A stretch of 64,000 nt of DNA from positions 1 to 64,000 of the forward strand of contig NZ_SMNA01000004.1 in assembly GCF_004353825.1 (NCBI RefSeq). Reading direction: 5' to 3'. A program made the translations under genes and the position numbers. Below the pieces are notes generated by a model. It was not told the origin of the DNA and searched no databases. It worked only from the letters and a program-made list of their open reading frames with translations. Position 1 is the first letter of the stretch; every line of letters begins with the position of its first letter. Source of the stretch: Occultella glacieicola (GTDB taxonomy: Bacteria; Actinomycetota; Actinomycetes; Actinomycetales; Beutenbergiaceae). Positions 46,440-56,806 of this stretch are shown here, piece by piece.

Positions 46440-47728
46440 CGGGCCACCCCCGCGAGGTCGGGCGCCGGGCCGACGGCCGGTGCCTCCGGGGCCCGGTGAT
46501 CCGTGGCAGCGACCGCGAACCTGGCCGTGGCCGCGAACCTGGCCTGCAACCGGGCCGCGTTGCGGCGGGTGTCGAAGAGGTCCTCGACGAGGAGCCGACC
46601 GGCGGCGGAGCGCTCGCGGGCGGCGTCGTGGTCGGAGAGGACGTACTCGAGCGCGTCGGCGAGGGCGACCGGGTCGGCCTCGGGCACGAGCAGTCCCGTC
46701 TCGCCGTTGCGGACCGCCTCGGGCATCCCGGTCACCGGGGTCGCGACCACGGGCGTGCCGAGGGCGAGCGCCTCGAGCACCACGGTGGGCAGGCCGTCGC
46801 GGTTGCCGTCGGAACCGACCACGCACGGTGCGGCGAACACGCTGGCGCGGGAGACGACGTCGGCCATCCGGCCCTGCGGCAGCGGGCCGTGGAAGGTGAC
46901 GCGGTCGCCCAGCCCGCGGGCGGCGACCCGCGCGCGCAGCGCGGACTCCTCCGGGCCGCTGCCGACCAGCTCGAGCCGGGCGGCTGAACCGCGCTCCCGC
47001 AGCAGTGCCAGGGCGTCGACGAGGTGGACGAAGCCCTTCTTCTCGACGAGGCGGCCGACCCCGACGATCGCCGGATCCTGGTTCGGGTGCGGCAGAGCCG
47101 CGCGGTGGGCGAAGGCATCCAGGTCCAGGCCGTTGTACAGCCGGACCACACCGTCGGCGGCCGCGCCGAACGTGCCCCGCAGGTAGGTGAGGTTGTAGTC
47201 GCTCACGGTGATCACGAAGGCCGCGTCGGCGAGCTTGCGGCGCAGGTCGGCCGGGTCGACGTCGGCGTGGAAGATGTCCTTCGCGTGGGCCGTGAAGCTG
47301 TAGGTGATGCCCGCGACCCGGGCGGCGAGTCGAGCGACGGTGGTCGAGACCGAGCCGAAGTGTGCGTGCAGGTGGGTGATCGCACGGCGGCGGACCTGGG
47401 CCGCGAGCTCGACGGCCGCCGCGGCGTCGTCCGGGGCCGCGGCGAGGAGCTCGTCGAGGTGCGCCTCGAGGTCGGGCAACTCGGCCCGGGCGGCCCGCAG
47501 CACCTGCCACAGCTCGGTTGCCTTGAGGTGGTGCGGCAGGTAGGTGACGGGCGCCGCGACCCGGGCGAGGGCCTCGTGGAACCTGCCGTCGGCGGGAGGA
47601 CGCAGCGAGAAGATCTCGAGATCGGCTCCCTGCTCCTCGAGCGCGAGGATCTCGGTGACGATGAACGTCTCGGAGAAGCGCGGGTACATCTTCAGCACGT
47701 AGCCGATGCGGGGTTCAGGCGGATACAC
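46436..47728 (-). CDS. Glycosyltransferase family 4 (WcaL-like)
   Basis: YPRFSETFI, HAHF, GRLVEKKG, DGLPTVVLEA. Confidence 0.93.
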   Translation of the reverse strand: MYPPEPRIGYVLKMYPRFSETFIVTEILALEEQGADLEIFSLRPPADGRFHEALARVAAPVTYLPHHLKATELWQVLRAARAELPDLEAHLDELLAAAPDDAAAAVELAAQVRRRAITHLHAHFGSVSTTVARLAARVAGITYSFTAHAKDIFHADVDPADLRRKLADAAFVITVSDYNLTYLRGTFGAAADGVVRLYNGLDLDAFAHRAALPHPNQDPAIVGVGRLVEKKGFVHLVDALALLRERGSAARLELVGSGPEESALRARVAARGLGDRVTFHGPLPQGRMADVVSRASVFAAPCVVGSDGNRDGLPTVVLEALALGTPVVATPVTGMPEAVRNGETGLLVPEADPVALADALEYVLSDHDAARERSAAGRLLVEDLFDTRRNAARLQARFAATARFAVAATDHRAPEAPAVGPAPDLAGVAR

Positions 47729-48917
47729 GGGGGGACTCCAGGGTGAGGGGGGTGGTGAGAAGACGGCGGGCGAGCGCAGGGACGCTGCTCAGGCCGTCGA
47801 GGTCGATGGGGTGGGGACGCGGGCCTCGGTGGACCGCCTCCGCGAGCCACTCGCCGAGGCGCTCGGGGTCGGCGCGGTGCGCGCGCATGGTGTCGAGGTA
47901 GCCGGACCCGGCGAGCCGGTCGGCGCGGATCGCCTGCTCCATCCGCGGCCGCTCCCGGGGAACCACGAGGGCCGGGCGGGCGGAGGCGAGGACCTCGCAG
48001 ACGGTGTTGTAGCCGCCCATCGTGACCATCGCCCGAGCACCGCGGACGAGGTCGACCGCGTCGGTGACGAACTCGTGCACGGACAGGTCGTCGCGGTCGG
48101 CGGCGGCCCGGTGCACCTCGGTCCTGGTGGCGGCGTCCATGTACGGGCCGGTGACCAGCACGCCCCGGTGGCCGGCGGGCAGCGGGGTGTGGGTGAACGC
48201 GCGGGCCAGGTCCGAACCGTCCTGCCCGCCGCCGACCATGCACAGCACGTAGGGATCGGCCGGCACCCCGACGGCGGAGGTGTCACGGCGGGGGCGGGCT
48301 CCGACGGTGCGCCCCCGTCCGTGGCCGAGGTAGCCGGTGAAGTGGGTCATCCGGGCGACGGGTCCGGGGAGCCGGTACTCGGCGACCAGGTCGTAGACGC
48401 CGGCGTCCCCGTAGACCCAGACCTGGTCGTAGGAGGCGAGCAGGACCGACGTGGTGTTGGCGTCGCGCCATTCGCGCCGGGTGACGTCCGGGCTGTCCAG
48501 CACGTCCCGCAGGCCGAGCACCACCCGGGTGCGGCCGTTGCCGCGGAGCGTGCGCAGGGTGCGGTCCAGTTCGCCGCCGAGCCCGCGCGCGACCTTGTCG
48601 ACGATGAACAGGTCGGGGGTGAAGGAGGTCAGCGCGGCCGCGATGATCCGGCTGCGCAGTTCGAGCACCTCGGCGAGACTCAGGTCGAACACCCGGGCGC
48701 CGTAGCCGCCGTCGGAGTCCTTCGCGACCGTCGGCAGGGTGAGGACCTCGGTGTTGGCAGGCAGGGGGAGGGCGGTGGCCTCCGGCGCTCCGGTGAGCAG
48801 GAGCACGTCGGTGTCCGCGTCCGCGTCGACCAGGGCGGCGGCCAGCTCGATGTTCCGCCGGATGTGTCCGAGGCCCTGGGTGTCGTGCGAGTAGAGCGCG
48901 ATTCGCCGACGCGTCAT
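47715..48917 (-). CDS. GT-B glycosyltransferase (GT28 C-terminal-like)
   Basis: YSHDTQGLGH, GGGQDG, MGGYNT, EQAIRA. Confidence 0.88.
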   Translation of the reverse strand: MTRRRIALYSHDTQGLGHIRRNIELAAALVDADADTDVLLLTGAPEATALPLPANTEVLTLPTVAKDSDGGYGARVFDLSLAEVLELRSRIIAAALTSFTPDLFIVDKVARGLGGELDRTLRTLRGNGRTRVVLGLRDVLDSPDVTRREWRDANTTSVLLASYDQVWVYGDAGVYDLVAEYRLPGPVARMTHFTGYLGHGRGRTVGARPRRDTSAVGVPADPYVLCMVGGGQDGSDLARAFTHTPLPAGHRGVLVTGPYMDAATRTEVHRAAADRDDLSVHEFVTDAVDLVRGARAMVTMGGYNTVCEVLASARPALVVPRERPRMEQAIRADRLAGSGYLDTMRAHRADPERLGEWLAEAVHRGPRPHPIDLDGLSSVPALARRLLTTPLTLESPRVSA

Positions 48918-48986
48918 CGGTCCTCCACGTGGTCGGGGGCGGCCCGGGTGGGACTGCCGCGAGGATGACCACGATTCGGCGCCAGG

Positions 48987-49030
48987 GTGAAACGGACGTG
49001 AACGCCCGATGAGAAGGCCCTCATCTTCAC
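48987..49030. promoter_or_regulatory. Phased direct repeats (GTGAA/GTGAA/ATGAG, 11-bp period)
   Basis: Copies at 48987, 48998 and 49009, plus an inverted GATGAG...CTCATC, upstream of the GT operon. Confidence 0.5.
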
Positions 49031-49173
49031 TGGGGCGCCGACCACCAAAGGGAGCAACGCACGCGTGCCTGTGACGATCCGGGCCGGCGCTCGGTCGCTG
49101 TCACCGACCTGGCCCGTCCCAGCCGCGAGACGGTCGGCCGGGGCCCGGCTCCACGGCGCTACGCTGCCGACAC

Positions 49174-50883
49174 ATGAGCCGTCCTCGTGCCGTCATCAGT
49201 GTGCGGCGGGGCGAGATCTCCGACACGCCTGTCGTCCTTCCAGACCCGCTGCCGGCGGCAACCCCGCGTGCGCTGGTACGGCGGGCGATGTGGGGAACAC
49301 GCCGCTTCGCACTGCCCGCAGCGGGGTCGGCGGTCGTGCACCAGGTGTGTGAGGCGCTGGTGCCGGTGATCATGGGACGCGCGATCGACACCGCGGTCGT
49401 CGCGGGCGACGTCCGGGGGCTGGCGCTGTGGCTCGGGCTGCTCGTGGTCAACTTCGTGCTGCTCGCGCAGGTGGTGCGGTTCGGCACCTGGTACGGCCAG
49501 CTCGGCGCCGAGACGATGCAGCACCAGCTGCGCACGGACGTCACCGACCGCCTGCTGCACCCGCGGGCCCGCACCGACCGGCTCCCGGGCAGTGCCCTGG
49601 CCTTGGCGACCAACGACGTCCGACGGCTGACGATGGCGACCACGCTGATGGTCTACCCCGTCGGCGAGGCCGCGGCGATCATCGTCGGCGGCACCCTGCT
49701 GTTGCTGCAGTCGGTGCCGCTGGGCGTCGCGGTGCTCGTGGGCGCACCCGTGCTGCTGGTGCTGCTCGACCTGCTCGGCCGCCCGTTGCGCCGCCGGGCG
49801 GAGTCCGAGGCCGCCGCTATCGCGGACGCGTCGGGCGCGGCCGCCGATCTGCTCGCCGGGCACCGGGTGCTCGCCGGTATCCAGGCGCAGGACGTCGCGG
49901 CGGCCCGCTACCGGGACACCTCGCGCCAGACGCTGCACGCCACGATGCGGGCCCGGGCCCACCAGTCCGGGCTCACCGCCGGGCTGGGCGCGATCACCGG
50001 CCTGTTCCTGGTCGGCATCGCGGTGGGCGCCGGGCTGCTGGCGGTGCGTGGCGACCTCACGGTTGGTGGCCTGATCACCGTGGTGGGGCTCACGCAGCTA
50101 CTGATGAACCCGATCACCGCGTTCGCGCGCAACGTCGCTCCGGTCTGGTCGGCAGCTCAGGCGAGCGCGTCGCGCCTGCTCGACCTGCTCTCCGAGGACG
50201 AGACGACCGCCAGGGGCGCCCCGACGGCACCGGCCACCGACACGCTGCCGGTCCGAGTCGCCGACGTGGACCTCGGCGGTGGCGAGCGGATCCACCTCGA
50301 CATCGCGCCGGGTGAGCTGGTGGGCATCAACGTCGAGGGCACGCGGGCCGTGGCGCTCGCCGAGACCCTGGCCGCCCGCCGACCGCTCGACGACGGCGCA
50401 TCGGTCCTGGTCGGCGACGTCGCCGTCAATCCGGGCACACCCGAGACCGCCCGTGCCCGGATGCTCGTCGCCCCGCACGAGGCGTCCCTGTTCGACGGCA
50501 CGGTCGAGCAGAACCTCGCCCTCCCCGGGCACCGGGCCGACCTGCTGGAGGTCGCCCTGCGCACCGCCGCGTGCGACGACGTCCTCCGGGTACTTCCGGA
50601 CGGGCTCGACACCGTGGTCGGCGAGGGCGGACTGCGGCTGTCCGGCGGGCAACGGCAGCGCGTCGCGCTCGCGCGGGCCCTGGTGATGGACCCGCCGGTG
50701 CTCGTGCTGCACGAGCCGACCACCGCCGTCGACTCCGTGACCGAGGCTCTGATCGCGGAGCGGTTGCCCCGGCTGCGCGCGGGCCGCACCACCCTGCTGC
50801 TGACCACCTCCCCAGCTCTGCTCGCTGCCTGCGACCGTGTGATCGAGCACCCGGCCGCCGTCGATGTGTCGGGGGCACGATGA
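49174..50883 (+). CDS. ABC transporter half (TMD plus degenerate NBD)
   Basis: LSGGQ retained, Walker A missing, Walker B LVLHEPT. Confidence 0.88.
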   Translation: MSRPRAVISVRRGEISDTPVVLPDPLPAATPRALVRRAMWGTRRFALPAAGSAVVHQVCEALVPVIMGRAIDTAVVAGDVRGLALWLGLLVVNFVLLAQVVRFGTWYGQLGAETMQHQLRTDVTDRLLHPRARTDRLPGSALALATNDVRRLTMATTLMVYPVGEAAAIIVGGTLLLLQSVPLGVAVLVGAPVLLVLLDLLGRPLRRRAESEAAAIADASGAAADLLAGHRVLAGIQAQDVAAARYRDTSRQTLHATMRARAHQSGLTAGLGAITGLFLVGIAVGAGLLAVRGDLTVGGLITVVGLTQLLMNPITAFARNVAPVWSAAQASASRLLDLLSEDETTARGAPTAPATDTLPVRVADVDLGGGERIHLDIAPGELVGINVEGTRAVALAETLAARRPLDDGASVLVGDVAVNPGTPETARARMLVAPHEASLFDGTVEQNLALPGHRADLLEVALRTAACDDVLRVLPDGLDTVVGEGGLRLSGGQRQRVALARALVMDPPVLVLHEPTTAVDSVTEALIAERLPRLRAGRTTLLLTTSPALLAACDRVIEHPAAVDVSGAR

Positions 50884-52625
50884 CTGCGGCGAGCGGATCG
50901 GGTGAGGTGATCGCGACGATCCCGGTGGCGACCACCCGCGAGGTCTGGCGCACCTGCACGAGCCTGCTGCGCCGTCGGGCATGGCTCGTGATCGCCGTCG
51001 CGTGTGCGTTCGTGGTCGCCGCGGCAGCGGGCCTCGTGCTGCCGACCGCCCTCGGTCGGATCGTCGATCTCGCGACGGCACCCTCGAGCACCGACGCCGA
51101 CGTGTGGCGGCTGGGCGCCTGGATGGCGGCCGGCGCGATCGTCCAGGCCCTCGCCACCGGCGCGGGGTCGCTCGGGGCCGCCGCCCTGGTGGAGAACCTG
51201 CTTGCCGAACTGCGCGAGGGGCTCGTCACGAGCGCGCTGCGACTGCCGCGACGGGTTGTCGAGCGGGTGGGCACGGGCGACCTCACCTCCCGGGCCAGTG
51301 ACGACGTCGCCCAGGTGGCGGCCGGTCTGCCCAACGCCATTCCCACGGTCGCGGCGTCCGGCTTCACCTTGGTGCTGACGGTCATCGCCCTCACGGTGCT
51401 GAACCCGTGGTTCGCGCTCGTGGTGCTCACGGTGGTGCCGCTCCAGGTGATCGCGTTGCGGTCCTACCTGCGCAACGCGCCCCCCATCTACGCCGCCGAG
51501 CGCGCCGCGGTCGGTGTCCGGGCCCACCACGTGCTCGCGGCGCTGCGCGGGCTGCCCACCGTGCAGGCCTTCGGGCTCGGCGCCGTGCACTCCGCCCGGA
51601 TCGGGTTCGCGTCCTGGCAGGTGGTGCAGCTGTCGCTGCGGGCCCGCGCGGTGGTCAATACCTTCTTCTCGCGTCTGAACACCGCTGAGCTCGTGGGTAT
51701 GTCCACGATCCTCGTGGTCGCGTTCGTGCTGGTGGGCGGCGACCAGCTCACGATCGGTGGCGCGACGACCGCGATGCTGCTGTTCCTCCAGCTCTTCGGG
51801 CCGATGATGGGGGTACTGCTACTCATCGACGAGCTGCAGTCCGCGCTCGCCTCGCTGGCTCGGATCGTCGGCGTCACCCGGATGGAACCGGGCACGGACG
51901 ACCAGCGCCGGCCGCACGGCGAACTGCCGGTGGCCGTGTCCGGCGTCCGGTTCGGCTACGACGGTGCCGCCGTGCTGCACCAGGTCGACCTGCGGGTGCG
52001 CGCCGGGGAACGAGTGGCGGTCGTCGGCACCTCCGGGGCCGGCAAGTCGACGCTCGCCGCGCTCGTGGCCGGAGTGCACGCCCCGTGGTCGGGCGCGGTG
52101 AGCGTCAGCGACGCAGCGCATGCGCGGACCGTGCTGATCAGCCAGGAGGTGCACGTGTTCGCGGGGACGGTTCGCGACAACCTCACCCTGGGCCGACCGG
52201 AGGCCACCGACACCGAGATCCGGGCTGCGCTCGGGGCGGTCGGCGCCACGGACGAGGTCGCCGCGCTGCCGCACGGGCTCGACACCGAGGTGGGCCCCCA
52301 CGCCCACACCCTCACGGTGGCGCAGGCTCAGCTCGTGGCGCTCGCCCGAGCCCACCTGGCCGACCCGGAGCTGGTGCTGCTGGACGAGGCGACGGCGGAG
52401 GCCGGCTCCGCCCACGGCGCCATGCTCGACCGCGCCGCGGACGCGGTCATGTCCGAGCGCGCCGCGCTGATCATCGCCCACCGGCTCGACCAGGCCGTGC
52501 GCGCCGATCGAGTCGTCGTGATGGCCGACGGGCGCGTGGTCGAGGAGGGCCCCCACGACGAGTTGGTCGCCGCCGGTGGCGCGTACGCCGAGCTCTGGTC
52601 GGCCTGGCAGCGTCACCGACCCTGA
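50880..52625 (+). CDS. ABC transporter half (TMD plus NBD)
   Basis: GTSGAGKS, LLDEATA, IAHRL; signature degenerate (LTVAQ). Confidence 0.9.
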   Translation: MTAASGSGEVIATIPVATTREVWRTCTSLLRRRAWLVIAVACAFVVAAAAGLVLPTALGRIVDLATAPSSTDADVWRLGAWMAAGAIVQALATGAGSLGAAALVENLLAELREGLVTSALRLPRRVVERVGTGDLTSRASDDVAQVAAGLPNAIPTVAASGFTLVLTVIALTVLNPWFALVVLTVVPLQVIALRSYLRNAPPIYAAERAAVGVRAHHVLAALRGLPTVQAFGLGAVHSARIGFASWQVVQLSLRARAVVNTFFSRLNTAELVGMSTILVVAFVLVGGDQLTIGGATTAMLLFLQLFGPMMGVLLLIDELQSALASLARIVGVTRMEPGTDDQRRPHGELPVAVSGVRFGYDGAAVLHQVDLRVRAGERVAVVGTSGAGKSTLAALVAGVHAPWSGAVSVSDAAHARTVLISQEVHVFAGTVRDNLTLGRPEATDTEIRAALGAVGATDEVAALPHGLDTEVGPHAHTLTVAQAQLVALARAHLADPELVLLDEATAEAGSAHGAMLDRAADAVMSERAALIIAHRLDQAVRADRVVVMADGRVVEEGPHDELVAAGGAYAELWSAWQRHRP

Positions 52626-52632
52626 GCGAGCG

Positions 52633-53388
52633 TCATCCCGGAGTCCCGGTGAGCGCGCCGGTCCACGCCTCCTCGTGCCGCTCGACGTACCGGTGGACGG
52701 CCCGCCAATGGTCGCCGTGTCCCGACGTGAACATGGCCGCCCAGGGTTGGCGGCCCGAGCGGTGTGATGTCTCGAGCAGCTCGTACATCGCTGCCGTCCG
52801 GGGCGCCAGGGTCGTGGCGAGCCCTGACCGCATGGCCACGTCCGCACCGTAGCCGTCGATGAGCGCGAGGAGTCGTCGGGCCGCCTCGGCGGGCGGTTGC
52901 GTGGTGTCGGAGAGCGTGAAGGACTGGGCCGTGTACGCGAGGTCCCACACCCGGGTGCTCGGCCCGGCGCCGTCCCAGTCGATGAACGTCCAGCGCTCGC
53001 CGAGGAGCAGGTTCCAGGGCGTCAGATCGTTGTGGCAGATCACGTCGTCGCCCGGGGCGGGGATCACGGCGTCCCAGTGCGCGTCCGGGGACGGCCGGAA
53101 TGCCGCGCCGGCGTCGTGGATGGCGCGGACGAGCAGCCCGACCCGGGACAGCTCCGCCAGGGTGAGCGGATCGGAGTCGAGGGCCGGGCGGCCCGGGACG
53201 TACTCGAGGACCTGCCGGCCGCGATCGTCACGCCCGAGCGTCTGCGGCACGTCGACACCGGCGCCGCGCACGGCACCCATGAAGGCGTGCACGTGCGGCG
53301 TCGCCGCCGTCCACGGCTTGCGCACGGTGTCGCCGACCCGCACGACGGTGCTGACGTTGCCGCCCGTCAACACCTGTTCCTCGGCCAT
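52633..53388 (-). CDS. APH-family phosphotransferase
   Basis: LTGGN, CHNDLTPWN, IDWD. Confidence 0.9.
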   Translation of the reverse strand: MAEEQVLTGGNVSTVVRVGDTVRKPWTAATPHVHAFMGAVRGAGVDVPQTLGRDDRGRQVLEYVPGRPALDSDPLTLAELSRVGLLVRAIHDAGAAFRPSPDAHWDAVIPAPGDDVICHNDLTPWNLLLGERWTFIDWDGAGPSTRVWDLAYTAQSFTLSDTTQPPAEAARRLLALIDGYGADVAMRSGLATTLAPRTAAMYELLETSHRSGRQPWAAMFTSGHGDHWRAVHRYVERHEEAWTGALTGTPG

Positions 53389-53461
53389 GGTGCGAGGCTA
53401 GCCGTCCCGACCACGGCGGCAGAGCCGGTGCTGGTCCGCCGCCGGTCCGGCACGTCGATCC

Positions 53462-55411
53462 CTAGGTGTGGATCTGCAGTTTGTAGGTGAGCGAGGACGA
53501 CCCGCTCGAGATGTCCAGGTTGGTGATGACGCGTGCCTGGTTGCCACTGAACAGCGTGACCGCCGTCGGGGTGAGGCTCATCTCGACGGCAGTGCCGTCG
53601 CCGATCGTGAGATCGAACGTGTGCTCGCCCCGCCGGACCCGGACGCCATGCGCCAGAGTCGACCCTGCGCCGTCGGCCGGGGTCTCTCCCTCGGCGACCA
53701 CGAAGGTGACCGTGTCGCTGGGTCCGACCACGAGCGGGACCCGCTCGGTGAAGGCGGCCTCGGCGGGTGCCTCGACGACGATCCGGACGCACTCGGGCAG
53801 GCACCGGAAGGTGCGGTGGATCCGGCCCTCGGCGTCGGCGTAGGTGTAGGTGAACGGGAGGCTCTGGTGGTAACGCCCGCCGGTCTGGACCGTGCTGCTG
53901 GACGCATCGCTGTGGCCGTCGGCAAGGATGGTGGTCCAGGCGCTGTCCGTGCCCATCTGGGTGGCGACGAAGGCGCCGGTGGCATGGTGATAGAAGAACG
54001 ACGGGCCGCGGACAACTCGAGGCGAGAGGGCCCGACCATGATGCGTCGCGAAGTAGTACCCGGGCCGCTTGGTGAACACGTAGTGGGCGTCGAACCGCTC
54101 GTCGGAACGGGCCTCGACGAAGGAACCCGAGCCCATGTACGGCAGGGACGCGATCGCCGCCTCTCGCTCGGCCAGGGTCGGGTAGACGGGCTCGTCCACG
54201 GTGAGGCGGAGGTTCTGCGGCGCGGTGCCGCTGGCGCTCAGTCGGGTGACCTCGACCTCACCGTCCGCCCATGCCTGTTGCAGGGCGGCGAGGTGCTCGG
54301 CGTGCCAGTTGAGGGCCCGGACCATGTGCGACTCCTTGAAGATGTTCAGGTGGTCGGGATAGTTGCTGGTGTCGGCCCCGCGCAGGGCGGCCAGTGAGCG
54401 CATCGAGGTGCGGCTCGAGATGCCGTTCACGGTCCAGCCGGCGCCGTCGGGCTCCCAGAGGTAGTTGTACCGGCACCAGTCCAGGTGCTTGAGGGCGATC
54501 TGTCGGTAGCGGTCGTCCCCGGTGCGCTCGAAGGCGACGGCAAGGTCGCGCAGGCCGGTGTAGAGGGAGTAGTGGGCGTCGAACGCGGCGTACTCGTACA
54601 TGTAGCCGGCGCCCTGGCTCTGCCCGTTGGCCATCAGGTAGTCGAGCCGCTCGTGGTAGGCGGCCTCGATGTGCGGGGGCATCAGATGCAGGAACGCCGA
54701 GATGCCGGTCATCCCGCCGATGATCTGGTTGACGTAGCGCATGCCGGCGTCCCAGACGTCCGCGACGGTCGGGTCGAGCAGGTACTCGGCGCCGAGCTGG
54801 AGCGAGGCCAGTACCTCGGTGCGGACCTGCGGGTTCCAGCCGACCTCCTCCATCATCACGGCCGCCTCGCCGAGGTAGATCAGGCCGAAGCCGGTCGCTG
54901 CCCGGTTCTTGTCCGTGTAGCTGTAGGCGGGCCACCACCCCTCCGGTCCCTGGAGCTGGAGGTAGTAGCGCATCGCGGCGTACACGTGATCGCGAAGGAC
55001 CGGGTCGAGGTAGTACGGGTTCCAGTCCGCCTCGTGCGTGTAGAAGAACGCCAGGGTGTAGACCGATTCCTGGTTCCGCGCGTTCCAGGGGTCGGGCGCG
55101 TAGGCGGAGTAACCACCGTTGAACCACCCGACCGTCTCGGGGTCGGTGTCCTCCATGTTGTTCGCGATGTCGGCGAGGCTCACGAAGTACTGGGTGATGC
55201 GCTGCTCCTGTGGAGTGAACAGCGAACGGTCGAGCGTGGCGATGTCGTACGGGTCCATGTCCGGGATCGGCAGCGTGGACACGTCCCCGATGTCGGCCGC
55301 CGCCGGGCGGGCCCGAATGGCCAGTGCGATGCCCGCGACGCCGGCCGCGCTCATGCGCAACAGGGTGCGGCGGGAGAACGGGAGGGTGACGGGGGTTTGC
55401 TGGCTGTGCAC
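53462..55411 (-). CDS. Tat-secreted hypothetical protein (possible alpha/alpha-barrel carbohydrate-active enzyme)
   Basis: SRRTLLR...PAAA signal; aromatic-rich; SD GAAGGAG before GTG 55411. Confidence 0.75.
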   Translation of the reverse strand: MHSQQTPVTLPFSRRTLLRMSAAGVAGIALAIRARPAAADIGDVSTLPIPDMDPYDIATLDRSLFTPQEQRITQYFVSLADIANNMEDTDPETVGWFNGGYSAYAPDPWNARNQESVYTLAFFYTHEADWNPYYLDPVLRDHVYAAMRYYLQLQGPEGWWPAYSYTDKNRAATGFGLIYLGEAAVMMEEVGWNPQVRTEVLASLQLGAEYLLDPTVADVWDAGMRYVNQIIGGMTGISAFLHLMPPHIEAAYHERLDYLMANGQSQGAGYMYEYAAFDAHYSLYTGLRDLAVAFERTGDDRYRQIALKHLDWCRYNYLWEPDGAGWTVNGISSRTSMRSLAALRGADTSNYPDHLNIFKESHMVRALNWHAEHLAALQQAWADGEVEVTRLSASGTAPQNLRLTVDEPVYPTLAEREAAIASLPYMGSGSFVEARSDERFDAHYVFTKRPGYYFATHHGRALSPRVVRGPSFFYHHATGAFVATQMGTDSAWTTILADGHSDASSSTVQTGGRYHQSLPFTYTYADAEGRIHRTFRCLPECVRIVVEAPAEAAFTERVPLVVGPSDTVTFVVAEGETPADGAGSTLAHGVRVRRGEHTFDLTIGDGTAVEMSLTPTAVTLFSGNQARVITNLDISSGSSSLTYKLQIHT

Positions 55412-55711
55412 GGTATCTCCTTCGATGACGTGGCCGGCGCCCTGTGGGCGCATCTCACCAGCGCACGAGGCAGTGGTTCGTGCGCGGTCGATGAGAGTGC
55501 GCGACCTCTGATGTCGCGTTGCATCAACGTAGCGACAGGGCGGGAGCTCGCGCAAGGGTCGGCGCGGAGGACGCCGACGCAGTCCATCCCGCTCGGGCCG
55601 GACTCCTGCCCTCGCCGGGGCACTGCATCCGCCGCCCGGGCCTTCCTCCCGGCGCGTGGTGCCGCATCGGCGGTGCAACGTGCTGTCCCCACCTACTGGC
55701 AGAGTTGGGGG

Positions 55712-56806
55712 ATGGCCGAACCCGACATCGCCGCGACCCTGCGCCTCGCCTCCGCCGCCCTCGGTCGCACCTTGACCGACCCGGTCCCGCTAGGAGGGTC
55801 GACCCGGTCCCTGGTGCTGCGGGCGCGGACGACCGAGGGGACGAGCGTGGTCATCAAGCACTTCGAGCCCGACGGCGGGGGCGCGAGCGGTGAGGACGGC
55901 GACGGTGCCTACCGCCGGGAGGCGGCCGGGCTGGTCCACCTGGAGCACACGCCGGACCTGCTCGCGGCCGACCCGGCCGCGCGGCTGCTGGTGATGACCG
56001 ACGCCGGCTCGGCGCCCACCCTGGCGGACCTGCTGCGCGGCACCGACCCGGACGTCGCGCGCGCCGCGGCGGCCCGCTGGGCCCGCGCCCTCGGCGACCT
56101 GTGCGGCGGCTCGACCTCCGCCGTCGGCACCATCGCCGACGCCCTCGGTACGCCGCCGGACCACGGGGTCGCCGACCGGATCAGGACCGGGGTGGACCGG
56201 ATCGCGCAGGTGAGTGGCGCCGTCGTGCCGGATGGCATGGCGGCCGAGATCGCCACCGTCCTCGACCTGGTGGACGACCGCAGCGTGCTGGTCGCGTCGC
56301 CGGGTGACACCTGCCCGGACAATGCCCTGCTCGAGCCGGACGGGCGGGTGGTCTTCCTGGACCTCGAGGGCACGGACGTCCACCATCCGGCCCTGGACGC
56401 CGCGTACACGCTCCTTCCATTCGCGACCTGCTGGTGCGTCTACGACCCGCCGCCCGGGTTCGTCGAAGACCTCCTCGAGAACTTCACCGCAGGCCTCGCC
56501 GCGCATCTGCCCGGGGTGGACACCGACCCGCGCTGGCCGGTCCAGGTGCGGACTGCCTGCCTGGGTTGGCTGCTGATGATGGCGAGCGTCCTGCTCCAGT
56601 ACACGGACGACCCGGATCGTCGGCTGGGTCCGAAGGACACCCCGGCCCTGACGTTCCGGGAGCATGTGCTGGTCCGGTGGCGGTGGGGAGCGCGCCACCT
56701 GGCCGCCGACTTCCCGGCCGCGGCCGGTTTCCTCGCCGACGCCGTCGCGGGCGTCGAACGGGACTGGGGTGCCGTGCGTCCGGCCGGCTACCCGGCGTTC
56801 GGCTGA
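55712..56806 (+). CDS. Kinase-like phosphotransferase
   Basis: LGGSTRS, VVIK, SPGDTCPDN, LDLE. Confidence 0.8.
   Translation: MAEPDIAATLRLASAALGRTLTDPVPLGGSTRSLVLRARTTEGTSVVIKHFEPDGGGASGEDGDGAYRREAAGLVHLEHTPDLLAADPAARLLVMTDAGSAPTLADLLRGTDPDVARAAAARWARALGDLCGGSTSAVGTIADALGTPPDHGVADRIRTGVDRIAQVSGAVVPDGMAAEIATVLDLVDDRSVLVASPGDTCPDNALLEPDGRVVFLDLEGTDVHHPALDAAYTLLPFATCWCVYDPPPGFVEDLLENFTAGLAAHLPGVDTDPRWPVQVRTACLGWLLMMASVLLQYTDDPDRRLGPKDTPALTFREHVLVRWRWGARHLAADFPAAAGFLADAVAGVERDWGAVRPAGYPAFG

Noticed and set aside
52633..56806. APH-like genes as aminoglycoside resistance determinants
   Set aside because: Only generic kinase-fold motifs; no specific similarity to characterised APH enzymes is recognisable.
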